Assembly: GCF_018977255.1 (NCBI RefSeq)
Contig: NW_024704743.1
Coordinates: forward strand, 72,728,001 to 72,792,000
Reading direction: 5' to 3'
DNA: 64,000 nucleotides
From: Callorhinchus milii
Taxonomy: Eukaryota
The position numbers and the translations under genes were made by a program. Shown here one piece after another: positions 51,161 to 64,000 of this stretch. The first letter of the stretch is position 1. Each line of letters begins with the position of its first letter. Under the pieces are notes generated by a model. It did not search any database, was not told the origin of the DNA, and saw only the letters and a list, made by a program, of their open reading frames with translations.

Positions 51161-53221
51161 GGAGGACTAGGAGAGGACCACATTATTGGAGGCGTTAACC
51201 TGCAGATGAGATACAAAACTGAGGACCTCCCCCACCAGTTCAGGTGGACATTAAAGATCCCAAAGCACGATTCAAATGATCACACAAAGTGGTCATTCAC
51301 TTCATGGCTGTTTGTGGAACACACTGCTGCAAATTGGCTGCCATATCTATTCACAAATAGTCACAACACACCACAGTTGTTACCTGTGAAGTCCTTTAGA
51401 TGCTATAGACGACATTCTAGGTGCATATCAGATACAGTGGAAGCCGGTTAAGCAGAGGAATGCCGGTGGCCCCGCCTCCTCCCTTCCATTGCCATTCCCA
51501 TTGGACTGGAAGGGCATTAATTAACAGCGGCTGGTTACAGCAGCTCCCACTGTACAAGGATTATTGTAAATATTTTTACACCATCAACGAAAGTGTACTG
51601 ATAAATTTGCCTTCTTATCTTGTTACAAATATCATCACAGACAGAGGCTGTTCAGCTCAATGTACCTGTTCCTTGATATCTAATGCGATTCCACTTCACT
51701 GCTTGCTCTTAAGTGCATTTTGCTTAACGCATCAAAGGCAGTCTGGTTAGCCCAGCTTAGAATAACACGAGAAGATTGTCTTGATGTTGGAGTAGTAAAT
51801 GTGTTTCGTAAAGGAAACATAAATTAATGTCTGTGTGATATGAATAGCAAATGCTGGAACGCCGCATGATCAACCTGTTTTGCCATTCATGATCAATAGT
51901 CCAGCGTGTTCCATTGTCACAGTTCACTTTCCCATTTACAGACTGCCACTTGTTGTAAATGTGTTTACCTGCGCCATTATAACCTTGGTGTCATGACTCC
52001 ATTAAAGAAAGTCTGATCATGCATACACCAATACCCACTCTTCTTCTCACAGACCATCCGTCGACTTCAGATCCAGTTGTCCCATAATTCTGTTTAACTG
52101 GCTTCAGCTGTCACTTATATGTCTCAAATGGATGAACAGCCTGAAGCTTATATATGGGCTACAGAACCTTCCAACCTCATTCCCATCATAGAGCCCAGTA
52201 ATGTGAAAGCTCTTCCATTAAAACATAAAAGTGCTGTATGGCTTCTGGCAATGACATCATGTAGCAGCCAGCTTGCGATGTCTGATGAAAGAAAGATTGT
52301 TGCTGTTTTTTTCTCCTCTGCTACATTTTTAGCTTGGTTTAAGTGCACACATCATTCATGCCCTATCAGTTTTAGTCACTGCAATACCTTTCTCTCAACC
52401 TCTCTGACAGCAAGCAAGGTTAAACTTTTAAAAAAATTAATTCAACATGCAAACTGTAAGGTCTAATTTGCAGTACCTCTTAAGACGATTGCTTAATGAG
52501 GAATCAGGAATATGGGTGCTGCTTCCAGAAATTGGAATTGCATAATACCAATGTCCAAGAACTTGGTTAGGAGCTGAGGGCTATGGCTGTAAAACACCAA
52601 CTCTTCACCTTCACACTCTCAGCACCAGGGGAGGGGAGGGGAGGTTGTGTGTGGTACGAGGCAAGTGTGCGGGGTAGACAGGGCTGTCGATCCACAGAAA
52701 AGTGAAATGGAAGAGTGTGGCAGGGAGTAAGGAGAGGGTGGAGACTCGTGTGAAGTATGAACACTGTCATGGACTGGTTGGGACGAGTGCCCTGCTCTCT
52801 ATATAGCTTCCGTGCTATATAAATCTTTATAACTTCACCCACATATGATTTCTGGAGTACAATACCTGCTGGATGATAAAAACTCTAATGGGATTCCTTA
52901 TTAAGAAATACTGCATATTGGACCCCATAATTTCCCAAATTACCTCTTGTTTTTAGCCTCGTCTAAGAATTTAATATCACCCACATTTAAGAATTTAGGT
53001 ACACAGAGCCCTTACACTAACACCAAGTCTATGTCTACTCCAGTTTCCATAAGCTACTTGTTGTAATGTAATTGTGAAAAATCTCTGCTAATATTACAGC
53101 AGTAAACCGACAAATATCATGATAAATTCATTACTGTAATATTAACCCAAAAATATATGTAAAAAACCAACATAAAAACATTACTTTGGCTTGCTTCAGT
53201 AGAATTTTCTACTAAATAGCT

Positions 53222-53520
53222 GAGTGACTAGTATGATTTGGTTAGTAGCCTCACATCTGAGTCAGAAGGTTGTGGGGTCAAGCCCCATGTTAGTCTAGGC
53301 TAACACTCCATTGTTGGGAGATGCCATCTTCAGAATAACATAAATAAAAGTGCAGTCTGCTTGTTCAATGTTCCAAAACTTAATTAAAAAAGAGAAGCGA
53401 GTTTCTCCCAGTATCCTGTCAACAATCATCTAGCTAGATACACTGATCATTTATTTCATGGCTGTTTGTGGACCCTGCAGTGTGCAAAATAGCTGTCACA
53501 TCTACAAATACGCAGTCACG
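53222..53520 (+). mobile_element. Old Deu-type SINE
   Basis: tctgagtcagaaggttgtggggtcaagcccca head and catggctgtttgtgg core. Confidence 0.7.
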
Positions 53521-53619
53521 CTTGATTGCAATTGGGGATTTCATATAGAAAAAGTCAATAAAGAGGTACCTATAATATGGCCACTGAATCAAATGTAGGG
53601 GAGTGATAAATGAACAATG

Positions 53620-54085
53620 ATTAGATCACAGCTGGAATCTTCGATGCAGTTTTGGGTGTCACACAAGAGAAAAGACATAAGACCTTGGAGCAGGATGCAG
53701 CATAGATTCATGACGATTCATGAAGCAGAAAGGAGAAGCTGGAGAGATCTGAGAGGATAAACGGTGAGGAATTATTTCTAATAGTAGGTGATTTGAGGAG
53801 AAAAAGGAATTCAAATTATAACTATGAGTATGAAAGGGGAAGTTAGAAAGATTTTGTTTTCCCAGAGGGTTATCAGAATATGAGAATGATTTTCCAGGAT
53901 GGCTCTTAAAGCAGTCAATTGGAGGTATTTAAAAGGAAATTAGATAAGTACATGTGAAGGAAGGGTATTGAAAAAGAGCAGGGAATTGGGATTAGGATGA
54001 ATGACTTTGAAGGAGAAGCAAAATATCGACAAATACAATGGGTCATATTGCATCCTACTGTGTTTTAGATTTACATGCTTCTAAT
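53620..54085 (+). mobile_element. CR1 3' fragment
   Basis: cacagctggaatcttcgatgcagttttgg...ttttcccagagggttatcagaatatg...tagataagtacatg pattern. Confidence 0.7.
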
Positions 54086-56719
54086 TACCTATGAAGTGAG
54101 TTGAAATGTTTGAAGTTATACATGCATATCAAATGCAAGCACTCTCAATTATAATTAGAGTAGATTGTTCTCAGGTTCAATCCTCAGTCTGTGCTGAGTT
54201 AACTTATCTGAGTCGTTACGACAGAGCGCTATGATTATCCTCAGTGCCCAAGGTTAGAGACAGGAAACTTGGCCAGGGTTCCCACTCCTGTAGAAATCTT
54301 TGTTGAAGTTACATGCGTTATGTGATGACAAGATCAGGCTTGGATACAATGCCCCCATGTTAAATAATCAGTTGGCATTCCTGGTTTAGCTCATAGAAGC
54401 TACTCAGATGAGTAATTTGAGGGCACTGACAATAGCCCTAACGGGAGGGGAAAAGGAGTTAAAATGTCTTTAGGAAATGAGGAGACGGGATACAATTACA
54501 AGGTAAATGAAGAATGAAAAATAAATACTCTTCTTTCCATTTTCACTGTTCTTTTCATTAAATTTTATATTCTATTCTAACTTTTTCTAAGGTTTTATTG
54601 AAACTTTAAAAGTTTTCAATCTCTCATTTCTTCATAACCTTGTTGGTTCTCACTCTTCATTTTTCCTGTTAAAAATGGTTTTGATTGGTTGAATGTCATC
54701 TCTAAAGCCCAGTTTTAACATCCAAAAAAACCTCAGAATCTCAAGACTGACATGGGTCAATCCTTGATATAAATATCAAGTCAAAACTAGAGTGGAAGCC
54801 ATCAAAGAGTAGTATATAGTGAACAAACTTAGATGAGTGAACTAATGAACATATCAGTGTTAAAATACAATTATTAAGGAGCCAGACACTGAAATTACCA
54901 TCTGTATGAAATCAAACAAACCAAATTCATCTTTATGCACTTTTGCAATTTCTTTACAAATTTCCACAAAGTAGTCTGGAACAACTTTCACAGAAGTAAA
55001 CCTAAACAGCAATTACTAGAAAAGTAGCCAACACTCACAAACTTGCCCTGTAAATACAGTGTATAATGATACAGAAAGCTGTGGGAATTCTGTAGAAAAA
55101 TACTGGGGGTGCAATGATGGGCATACAACACAAACTGTCAAAACAGTTTTGTGAAAAGTGTTCCTCAGAGCTTTGCTCTTTTTGACGTGTGCCATATACA
55201 CAGATGCAAAGAAAATCTGTCTGTCTGGAATTCTGACTAAAACGAGAGCAGAATGGAAGAGTTCAATGGGATAGAAGTCTCACACAGGGTGCAATATGCT
55301 TTCCCCAATCTGTCCTTGTACCACGCACTGGTATGGAAATTAACAGCAAAGAATGTTTTTCTAACAAGGGGAATGACACAAAAAGGTAGAACACTGCTTC
55401 TCACTGTTTCTACACAGTGAGTTCACAATCACAGATGCATCGTTGTGGGAAGCTGAAAGGAGGGATGAAAAGAAACTCCTTCATTAATAGCTGTAAAGGG
55501 CCCAAGTAATGAGAGTTTTGACATTCTTATCCTGCCCTTTGACGGCTTAAATCTGTAGCATAAAATTGGACAGAAATCAGTACCAATTGGCAGTGAATGT
55601 TTGCCATTGTTGTTAATTAACTGTTTCGTTTTAATAGAAAGTCATGATGACACATGAGCTCACAGTGTCTGCTCTGCCAAATTTAAAAGTTTTTAATTGT
55701 CATTCCTGAGAATGAGTTGGGAGATTCTCTATTTAGAATTGGCACTCAGTAAGCTCACAACAATGACTGGTGTGGAAAATGGCAATATTGCAGTGGTGAT
55801 GTGGCGAGGGGATGTAACAACGCCTTCTGAAATTGAGCATATTGTTATTTTTATCTGGATCATTGTCAGAAGTCTCTGTTGCTAATGGAATACTCTTCCC
55901 ATTACTTGATAAGAATGGGGTTGGAAAGCTCTGCATTTAGACTGTGGTAACCTTGACCTGGGACTGCTTGATGCTGACAGTGGATCCAATATCACAATGT
56001 CTGCCATTCCCTCAGCACTGACAATCCCTCAGCATGACAAGTTCACAAATGCAAGCCAAAAAAAAGCATTGATATAAATAAAATCCCCAAAGGAAAATAC
56101 AACTCCCACCATCGGACACCGATCAACAAAGAAATGATTAAAACCTGAAATTTCTTTAAAATTACCAAATATTTTTGTTTCTTAATTCAAAATGTCGAGT
56201 GCTTCAGCCAAACCATCGCTCATGAGGTGCGGAGCAAGTAGGAGGGAAGGAAAGAGAGGGTACGTAGGCTGGAAACCTACAGTCTGTCAGAGAAGAAACA
56301 CTGTATGATGTTCAAAAAAAAAACCTGTCAGCTTTCAGCAGGAGCTTGAGAGACTGGAGTCAGTCAGTGGGTAACAACAATCAATTGTGCAAGTTCAAGC
56401 AAGGTTTTCTCTTGGAATTCTGACAGTGTGAGGACAAGCACTGCACCCCGCACAGCATACACACTGAGCTGTGGGAAGCTGTCTCATTACGCTGTCTGCC
56501 TGAGAAGAACTCTCAACTGTGCTGGAAGGCTCTCATTAAGCTTGTTCCCCTTCACCAGTTTTTAAACCTTGAACTAAAATTGCTCAGGTGACATTTTGAA
56601 AGTGGTGCACGATGAATCTTATCGGTAATGATGGATATGGGTTTGGGGAGTTCTTCCCTGAAGGGTATTAGAGATGCAATTCTCTTGAATGGTACACTTT
56701 CCAGGGAGAGTTTGTCTTA

Positions 56720-57130
56720 CAGTTCAAGATCCTGGTTCTCACCTTCAAAGGCCTCTGTGGCCTTGCTCCGCTCTACCTCTGTGGCCTCCTAACCCCCTTC
56801 CAACCTGCCTGCTCCCTTCGCTCAGGGGGCTTCGGCCTGCTTCACATCCCCCATCTTGCTTGCCCCACCATTGGCGGGCGGGCCTTCTGTCACTCTGCCC
56901 CCACCATCTGGAACTCTATCCCGCAGACCCTCTGCCTCTTTCCCTCCCTTGCCTCCTTCAAGACCTGTCTCAAGACCTTTCTTCAACCATGCCTTTGATC
57001 ACCTTCCTTCCCCCGCTGCCCTCCACCCTCTCCGATACCGACCCCCAGCTCAGACCCCAAACACTGATTGTCCAGAGCTTTGGGACATCCTCCCGACATG
57101 AAAGGCGCTGTACAACTGTAATTTTGTTGC
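56720..57130 (+). mobile_element. L2 3' fragment (subfamily B)
   Basis: QFKILVLTFKG start; tail ttgggacatcctcccgacatgaaaggcgctgtacaactgtaattttgttg. Confidence 0.88.
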
Positions 57131-57934
57131 CATTGTTGACTATGTGGCTTTGCGCATTCAGAAGGAATGGTAGTACACGTGCTTGAGAGTCAGGGAGCTT
57201 AGTTCCCTGGTAGGAGTCTATCAGAGGTCATGCTACAAGATCAATTACCATTTCATGGGCAGACATAACTCAATTCAGAGCGCCTCCAAAGCTGCCACGT
57301 GGTGTAACCCATATGCATACACAAAGCATTATTGCTTAGACTTCTTTGGAGTGTGCAACCTGTTCGTATGCACGATCATCTAAACTGCTGTTAGATCCCC
57401 TGTGCAAGGGCTCTCCTATTCCTCCTTCTTATTGTACTATTTTTTCTGTGTGCTGTGGTTTGTGGAGGATGTTAAGTACAAAAAGGAAAGGTTTATCTGC
57501 CTGATAGTGTTTTGGAATGACTGAGACAGTGTTATTGCTCTGAATTTGTTTCTTGGGAAGTTATTTCCAATGATCTGATCCAATGATCATAGCTCCTCTT
57601 GAGGCTCTCATTTTAAAATTTACAATGGAGCAAAATTATGGAAAATTCTTAAATTTAGTTTCAATTTTAATTTCAATTTAATTTTTTAAAATGAATGCTG
57701 AAAAGCAGCATGTAACACTTAAGAGCATCCAAAATTTAGCGAATTGTTGAATTCAGTCTAAATTTTGAAGGTGTTTTTTCTATAGTTGTTAACAGAACTT
57801 ACTGAAAAACAACTTCAAATTGAACACTATATTTAACAATTTGCAAATTCTGGATACCCTGAAGTGCCACATAAACAGAGTGAATCTAGGGTGAAAGGCG
57901 CTATATAAATGCAAGTTGTCGTTGTTGATGTATG

Positions 57935-58275
57935 TCAGAAGGTTGTGGTTTCAAACCTCACTTAGCCCTTGGTGCTGCATTGTAACTGGTGCTGTCCTTC
58001 AATGAGATGTTAAACTGAGTCCCCGTCTGCTTGTTTAGTTGGATTCTAAAGATCCAATGGCACTATTCGAAAAGAGGGGATTTTCCTGGTGTCCTAGCCA
58101 ACAATCCCCCAATAAAATTGGTCATTCACTCCATGGCTATTTATGAAACAATGCTGTGCGCAAATTGGCTGCCATGCCTCCAAAATACACAGTCATTCAA
58201 TTTTGCAGTATGTTCTGTGAAGCGCTTTGAGATGTCCTCTCGATGTGAAAAGTGCTACATCAAATGTAAAGATTA
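57935..58275 (+). mobile_element. Old Deu-type SINE
   Basis: gagatgttaaactgagtccccgtctgcttg...tcctggtgtcctagccaac core and tail. Confidence 0.8.
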
Positions 58276-58599
58276 AAACAAGCCTCCTCTGGGGACAAAT
58301 AAATAGACAAAAATGATCCAAAGTATGCTTTTTTAAAAAATACTCAATATAATTGGGAAAAATATTGGAATTGGAAGAACGCAATTTAGGATTTTGATCA
58401 AAATATAATCCAGCTTTTTTTTAAAAAAAAGTACCATTTCATTGATGGGCTAATTGAACACATGCCCAGACCCAGCCCATCTGGAAGCAGTAACGCCATT
58501 TCAATAAATTGAAACTAAACTATTTTTCAAGTTTAGTTAAAAATTTATTTCATCAAAAACTTGTTGAGGTGATAAATTAGTATGATAATAATAAAAATA

Positions 58600-58985
58600 C
58601 CAAGTTTTGCATTTGATATAGTTGCACATCTCAAAGTTCTTCACAGGTTATATTGCGACATGTAGTGACTGTGTTTTTGAAGCCAAACCCGGCAGCTAAT
58701 TTGTGAACAGCAATGTTCCACAAACAGTCATGAGGTGAATGACTAATTTGTTTTCTGGGTTTCGCTGGCCAGGACACTGGGAGAAACTCCCTTCTCTTTT
58801 CAATAGTGGCATGAGATTTTAATATCTGACTGAACAAGCAGATGGGATCTCAGTTTAACATCTGTTTTGAAGGATGGCACCTCCAACAATGCAATACAAC
58901 CCTAGGCTATGAGTTCAAAGTCCCAACATGGGGCTTGAACCCACAAGCTTCTGACTCAGAGGCAAGAGTGTTACCAACTAAGACA
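58600..58985 (-). mobile_element. Old Deu-type SINE, inverted relative to the 57935 copy
   Basis: Reverse head cttgaacccacaagcttctgactcagaggcaagagtgttaccaact. Confidence 0.8.
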
Positions 58986-60713
58986 ATTTGTCTTTGTATC
59001 TCCTAAAATTCCTTTCCTTCCCTTTTACCTGTGCACTTTTAAGATTTGATTTTATTATTTATTTCAATTTTATTTGCTCTATTTATCCATTTTGGAAAAT
59101 GCGTATTTGATTTTCACTTAATATTAATCCAGGCAGATTGATGACGAACGTAAATGCTAATGTAGCAATGCAAAGGATTTTAAAAATGGCTCTAAATGCT
59201 TTTTTTATTTTAAAAAAGCAATGAAGGTTTATAGAAATCTGTGACAATACTTGAGCTCTATCACCCTTTTCCATTTTTCCTACTGTTTTATTTACAATAA
59301 TGTCAGATTGACTGCTTTATTTTTTGTAAAGCAATTCATACAATCTGTTCTCCTTTATAAAATATTAAAAACAGAATCAGTTATTCAGACAATATATAGA
59401 ACATTGTTGCATTGCCTTCCCTCATAGTACATGACAGCACCAAGCTACAAGATTATGCATAGACATGCTTGTGAATAATAATAATAATAATAATCAGGCA
59501 ATAACAGACAGAAAAATGCAAGTTGGGAATAGATCCCAACTTTCTTCACAGGAAAATACTGGGTTAACTTATAAGAGTCAGTAAAAGGCAACAAAGCTGT
59601 GGTACATTTCATTTCAGGTTCCAAGACAATCCATTACTTAAAAAACGGAGTGAAAAGGCATCAAAAGCGAAATAAACCAATTTCACATGTGTCACAAACA
59701 CATCATGAAGGAAAAGGGTCAGGCAATTTTTGATATTAATTATGTATTACTGTGTTATTCACTACATGTCAGAGCACTGATCCAAAGAATAAACAATATT
59801 TTACCCTGAGAAATAATATAACCTGACTCTATACAGTGAACATATCAATCTAAAATGTCCACAAAAAACTGCAGTGAACTGAACTTTGAGCATCATTTTT
59901 CCCATCTACCAAACATTCACCCGACAGTGCTGCCAGTTGCAACTCTAGCCACCCGTACACAAAATTTGAGATCAGTGGTTCAATTTGGTAAGAATGCTTC
60001 AGATAAGCCTTCCAAAATGTAAATAGTGAAATTGTACTGGACAAAGACACTGTTGCTAAATGACCTGAGTCAGGACTTGGATTCCATTGGATCAGACAAA
60101 ATATTCTAATAGTTTTCGGAATGACTTTTGATATGATGAATTAGTTTCAATGACCATATCCTTCCCCCATTTGCAGAAAGTTCTGGTTTCTGATAAATTA
60201 GTTCCAGGCAATTCGATGTGCACAAAACTGTTCTCTTTGGGGAGTGTATGGGCATCAGCTCTTCAGTAAAAGCAGCCAAGTGCAGCGTGGAGGTTTGATC
60301 CAGAAATTAAAATTGGTTGGAGCAGTTTTTATGGTATGTGTGCGAACATTGCAGGGGAAAATAACTTGTGTTACAAAATTGATTGCAAACAGAGATATAA
60401 ATGAAACACAAGACATCTATAGGGACTCATTCAGTGGACGGAGAACAGTTTGTGTTGACTGACACATTCCTCCAGCCAGCAGTAGTCAATAATATTCAAA
60501 CATTGCCAGACTTGTCGGCCCAATGGGAGTACGTGTCTGCCAGACAATGATGTGTGCAGACAGACTTAGACCATGACAAAGACTGATTACAGTTTGGTGG
60601 AGGGGGAGGGGGGGGGGGGGTTGGAAATTACATAAACGCAATTATACGGCAATTTTAATCGAAATTATTCCATCAGTGCCCAGCTGCTGGTAATGGAGAA
60701 GGCACACACTTAC

Positions 60714-60808
60714 CACATATTCAAAGACAAGTGTCAAGGTTTCCTTGGTGTGAATGATGTCATGGAGCAGCACAATGTTGGTGTGTTTTAGGCCTTTCAA
60801 CAAGGAAG
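60714..60808 (-). CDS. CDK14: CDK14 internal coding exon (95 bp), (A)[31 protein letters not shown], kinase N-lobe to hinge
   Basis: Minus strand reads tttctttacag|CTTCC...TATGTG|gtaagt (phase 1 in, phase 0 out). The peptide matches PFTAIRE kinases; TLVFEYV fits CDK14 rather than CDK15 (TFVFEYM), from recalled human sequences. Confidence 0.95.
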
Positions 60809-61954
60809 CTGTAAAGAAACAAAAAGGAAACAATCAGAGATACAATGTGGTTAGACTTGGCAGAGAGTATCATTTTCTGCTGAAAAGCTTTAGATGTCAG
60901 CAATGTATTTAAAGACAATGGAGCTCAAAACGCATTAGTTACTAACGAATTCATTAAATAGTGACTCTGCGAGTAACCAGAAGTGAATCAACCTATAAAA
61001 ACTGCTTCACCAGCAATTGGCATAACACAATTCTAGTTACATTGTTTAATATTACAATTTAGCTTACTCTTAATACACAAAATACACAGTCATGTCATTT
61101 TACAATTTAATCTTGTGAAGCGCTTTGAGATGTTTAAAACAACACGATAAAACACTAAGTTATTAGTAATATTAAAAGCCAGGAAGGCAGATGGCAATTT
61201 CATAAGATTAAACAAATGTTAAAGGTGATCCAACACAACTGCCTCAAAATGTTTAAATACAATCTTTCCAGCTTTAAGGATTTATTTGCAAGTCGACTGC
61301 GATGAAACTCAATTTATACTGAAACCGATTGCATGAGGTTCTAAAAATTCTCTTTACCTGTGTTACCATGGAAGCTTCTGAATGCATCACAGCCTCACTA
61401 GATTTGGGCTATGATAACATATCGAGTGTGAGTCAAAGTCTCACAAAACTGAAAGTCTAATGTCTTTGTGACTTTAAAACCAGAGTTATACTATTATGTG
61501 AAAACTGCATTAAACAGGTAAATGTGCAGCATAAAAGAGGCACAAAAATTCTTTGTTATACTTGTACAGGGGGAATATATCCTTATGAATAAATCACTTA
61601 TTTCAGGTTTGTTCGAATGTTCAATACCAGACGCTAGTTCAAAATGAAACTATGACAAATATCTACAGTTACATTAATAATGACAGGAAATCAATTATCC
61701 AACTTTCCACTCTCTGATCAGATTTAAACATGTATTCTATATTGGAACAAATGCATCAAAAATATGCTGTGAAAACAATTGCTACCTTGACATCTCTTGA
61801 AACAATGCAACCTTTTTTAGATTTTGAGGGAAATCTCTTTCCATTTTCCTCCTTCGTTTTTCTTTCTTGGTCACACACCAACTGTCCACAAGAGGGCGGA
61901 TAAACAACCTGCTGTAAGGCCATATTGTACTCCTCACTCGGAGATCCTGTAGAG

Positions 61955-62754
61955 CAGTGGTTCTCAACTTTTTGGGGCTCAGGACCCAGTTGTAAACTTT
62001 GATGGCCAAGTAAATAGCTTTCGTGCAAAAAACATCTGGCTTATTAAATATACCGATATATGCAATATACACATTAACTTAATAAACATAATGTAATAAA
62101 TACTAAATTCAGTGAATATTAAAATAAAGCACTTAAGTATTTGTTGTACAAATCCTAGGTTCCTCTTAATGAGAAACCGGAGTTTGCTCCTCTTTGTTTA
62201 GTTTATCAAAGTTTGGTGTAAAAGAATTCCAATCATAACTGCTAATTACAAATGGACAGTTTTAAAATGTTTCCATTTCACTGACTACAAGACTTGCCTC
62301 TCTGACTAAAATACACTCCAAACTCTCAGTGCAAGATTACAGTAAAATGATAGATTGATTGATCGATCGCTGATCATTGCCACCTGCTGCTGTCCAAATA
62401 TCTTTTGTTACAGAGCTTCTTCCACAAGAATAGCAGGTTCTAAATTCTCAACGTTGCACAACAGCCCCTACGCTATTCATATTAATTCAATGATTAGCTT
62501 TTGTAATTATTGTCCGGCCAAGACAAGTTGCGGCTGGCCTACAATCCCTGCTTGTTGTGGAATCTCAAGAATTTAGAACCTGGGGTTCTTGTAGTAGAAG
62601 CTTATGTACACAGTTAACGCGCTGTGCAGCACCAGCGAGATTTATTTATTTTTTAAAAATCGCGAGGTGCATAATTTTCTAAATCTGTTCGCGACCCTTT
62701 GGCACATTCAGGTGACCCAATTTAGGGTCATGCTCCATTGTTTGAGAAACCCTG
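61955..62754 (-). mobile_element. hAT (Charlie/Buster-type) DNA transposon deletion derivative, 800 bp
   Basis: Terminal inverted repeats cagtggttctcaac / gtttgagaaaccctg; 8-bp duplication ctgtagag (61947-61954) / ctgtggag (62755-62762); minus-strand remnant SFTPNFDKLNKEEQTPVSH* at about 62166-62225. Confidence 0.88.
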
Positions 62755-64000
62755 CTGTGGAGGACTCCACTGGCCTCCAATTTTTCCCATTAACTCACCT
62801 CCCCCTCCCATTTTGTAAAGCACTTGCCCACCATTTAAAAAAACAGCTCAATGTTGTGATGGGAAGGGTGAGTATTTGGGAAGGTTGAGATAAGATGGGT
62901 TGAAGGACCTTCTGCATTTTAGCTCTGGTGTTTGTGCTCTACCCACAGCAGGTTTCTTAACCTTATTTTGTGCTTCCTATCTACTTAAGCATGCAGGTTG
63001 TATCCAGAAAACAGTTCAGCCTAAAAACTTACAGGATTCTGAGCATAAAAGGATTTTGCAGGGAAGCCGGGTGGTCCAAAGTTACAAGCATTCCATTCTG
63101 CTGGGATTATTAAATGACACTCTGCTAACCTCATACCACCAGGATTATACCCACTCCTCAGAAGAGTAGCGGAACTGTCAAAAGGAGGCATTACTAATTA
63201 TGCTGCTGGAGATTTTAAGAATTAAGTCCCGGAGGCAGCAAAAGACTTTAAACACATTTAATCCTTTCTCAAGAAAGCTTTAAGGGACGTTGGTCACATG
63301 GCCAGTTAGCTCATCAAAAATGAGGAGCTTCACAAAGCCACAGATTTTGGCCAGACAGCTGGAACAACTGTTAGTCTTGGTAGCTGTTCATACATTTCCC
63401 ATTCAGTCAACACGTATTCCTCAACTCTAGTGTACAGCAAATTAGTCCATAACAGTAAATGTCAAACGTCAACATTAAAGCTGTATTGCCCCAAAGAAAT
63501 TGACATTATTTCTAGAAAATTGAAGTTTAGGTAGGGGTGGGGAGTAAAGTGGATAGAGGGAAAAAGAAGGAGAAACTATATTCACCCAAAGAAGTTATGG
63601 CATAGTATTGAAAAGAACATTAAATTAGATAAAATATATTTCTCCCTCCTAAAAAAAACTAAATGGTTTATCATAAAATAATTATGCTTATATTTGATAT
63701 AGAGCCTTTCACATCAGGCAGATGTTTCAAAGCAATGGATGTTTTAAAGTTAAGTATGAAATTTTGTCTGACCAGTCAAATTATGCACAAGCACTGTACG
63801 CCTACGAATGAAGCCTGGGAATCTAAACTCAACTGATTCATCAGGCTACATTATCTCCTTCCACCATTGAGGGCCAAGGTTTCAGCCATTGTATCTCTGT
63901 TATAGGAATCTCCCTTTCAAAATTCCTTCATCTTGGTCCTTCGCTCCCTAACTTAAAAAATATATTTAAAAAACTTGTTCTCCTCCGTGTCAGGATCTGT

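Noticed and set aside
1..64000. CRISPR array, operon or other prokaryote-like system; intact autonomous transposon
   Set aside because: No regularly spaced repeat-spacer array or gene-dense segment; all RT and transposase remnants are truncated or frameshifted.

Overview
Vertebrate genomic DNA. The SINE, L2 and CR1 content suggests a cartilaginous fish, possibly a chimaera (inference). The window lies within the minus-strand CDK14 (PFTK1) gene. Three consecutive kinase-domain exons (60714-60808, 48627-48689, 31508-31631) splice in frame to (A)[93 protein letters not shown](G). The rest is intron rich in retroelements: two L2-clade LINE subfamilies, CR1 fragments, a young tRNA(Ala)-derived SINE sharing the L2 3' tail, and older Deu-type SINEs. 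It also holds one hAT/Charlie deletion derivative, one zinc-knuckle LINE remnant, and a palindromic Penelope-like element with hammerhead-ribozyme-like cores. I found no convincing new multi-gene system. The best leads are the hammerhead-bearing palindrome split by an L2, recurrent templated fold-backs, duplications and deletions at 5' junctions of L2-mobilised elements, a loop switch in the SINE tail that tracks its partner LINE, and a few candidate enhancers. Repeat boundaries were placed by eye and are approximate.
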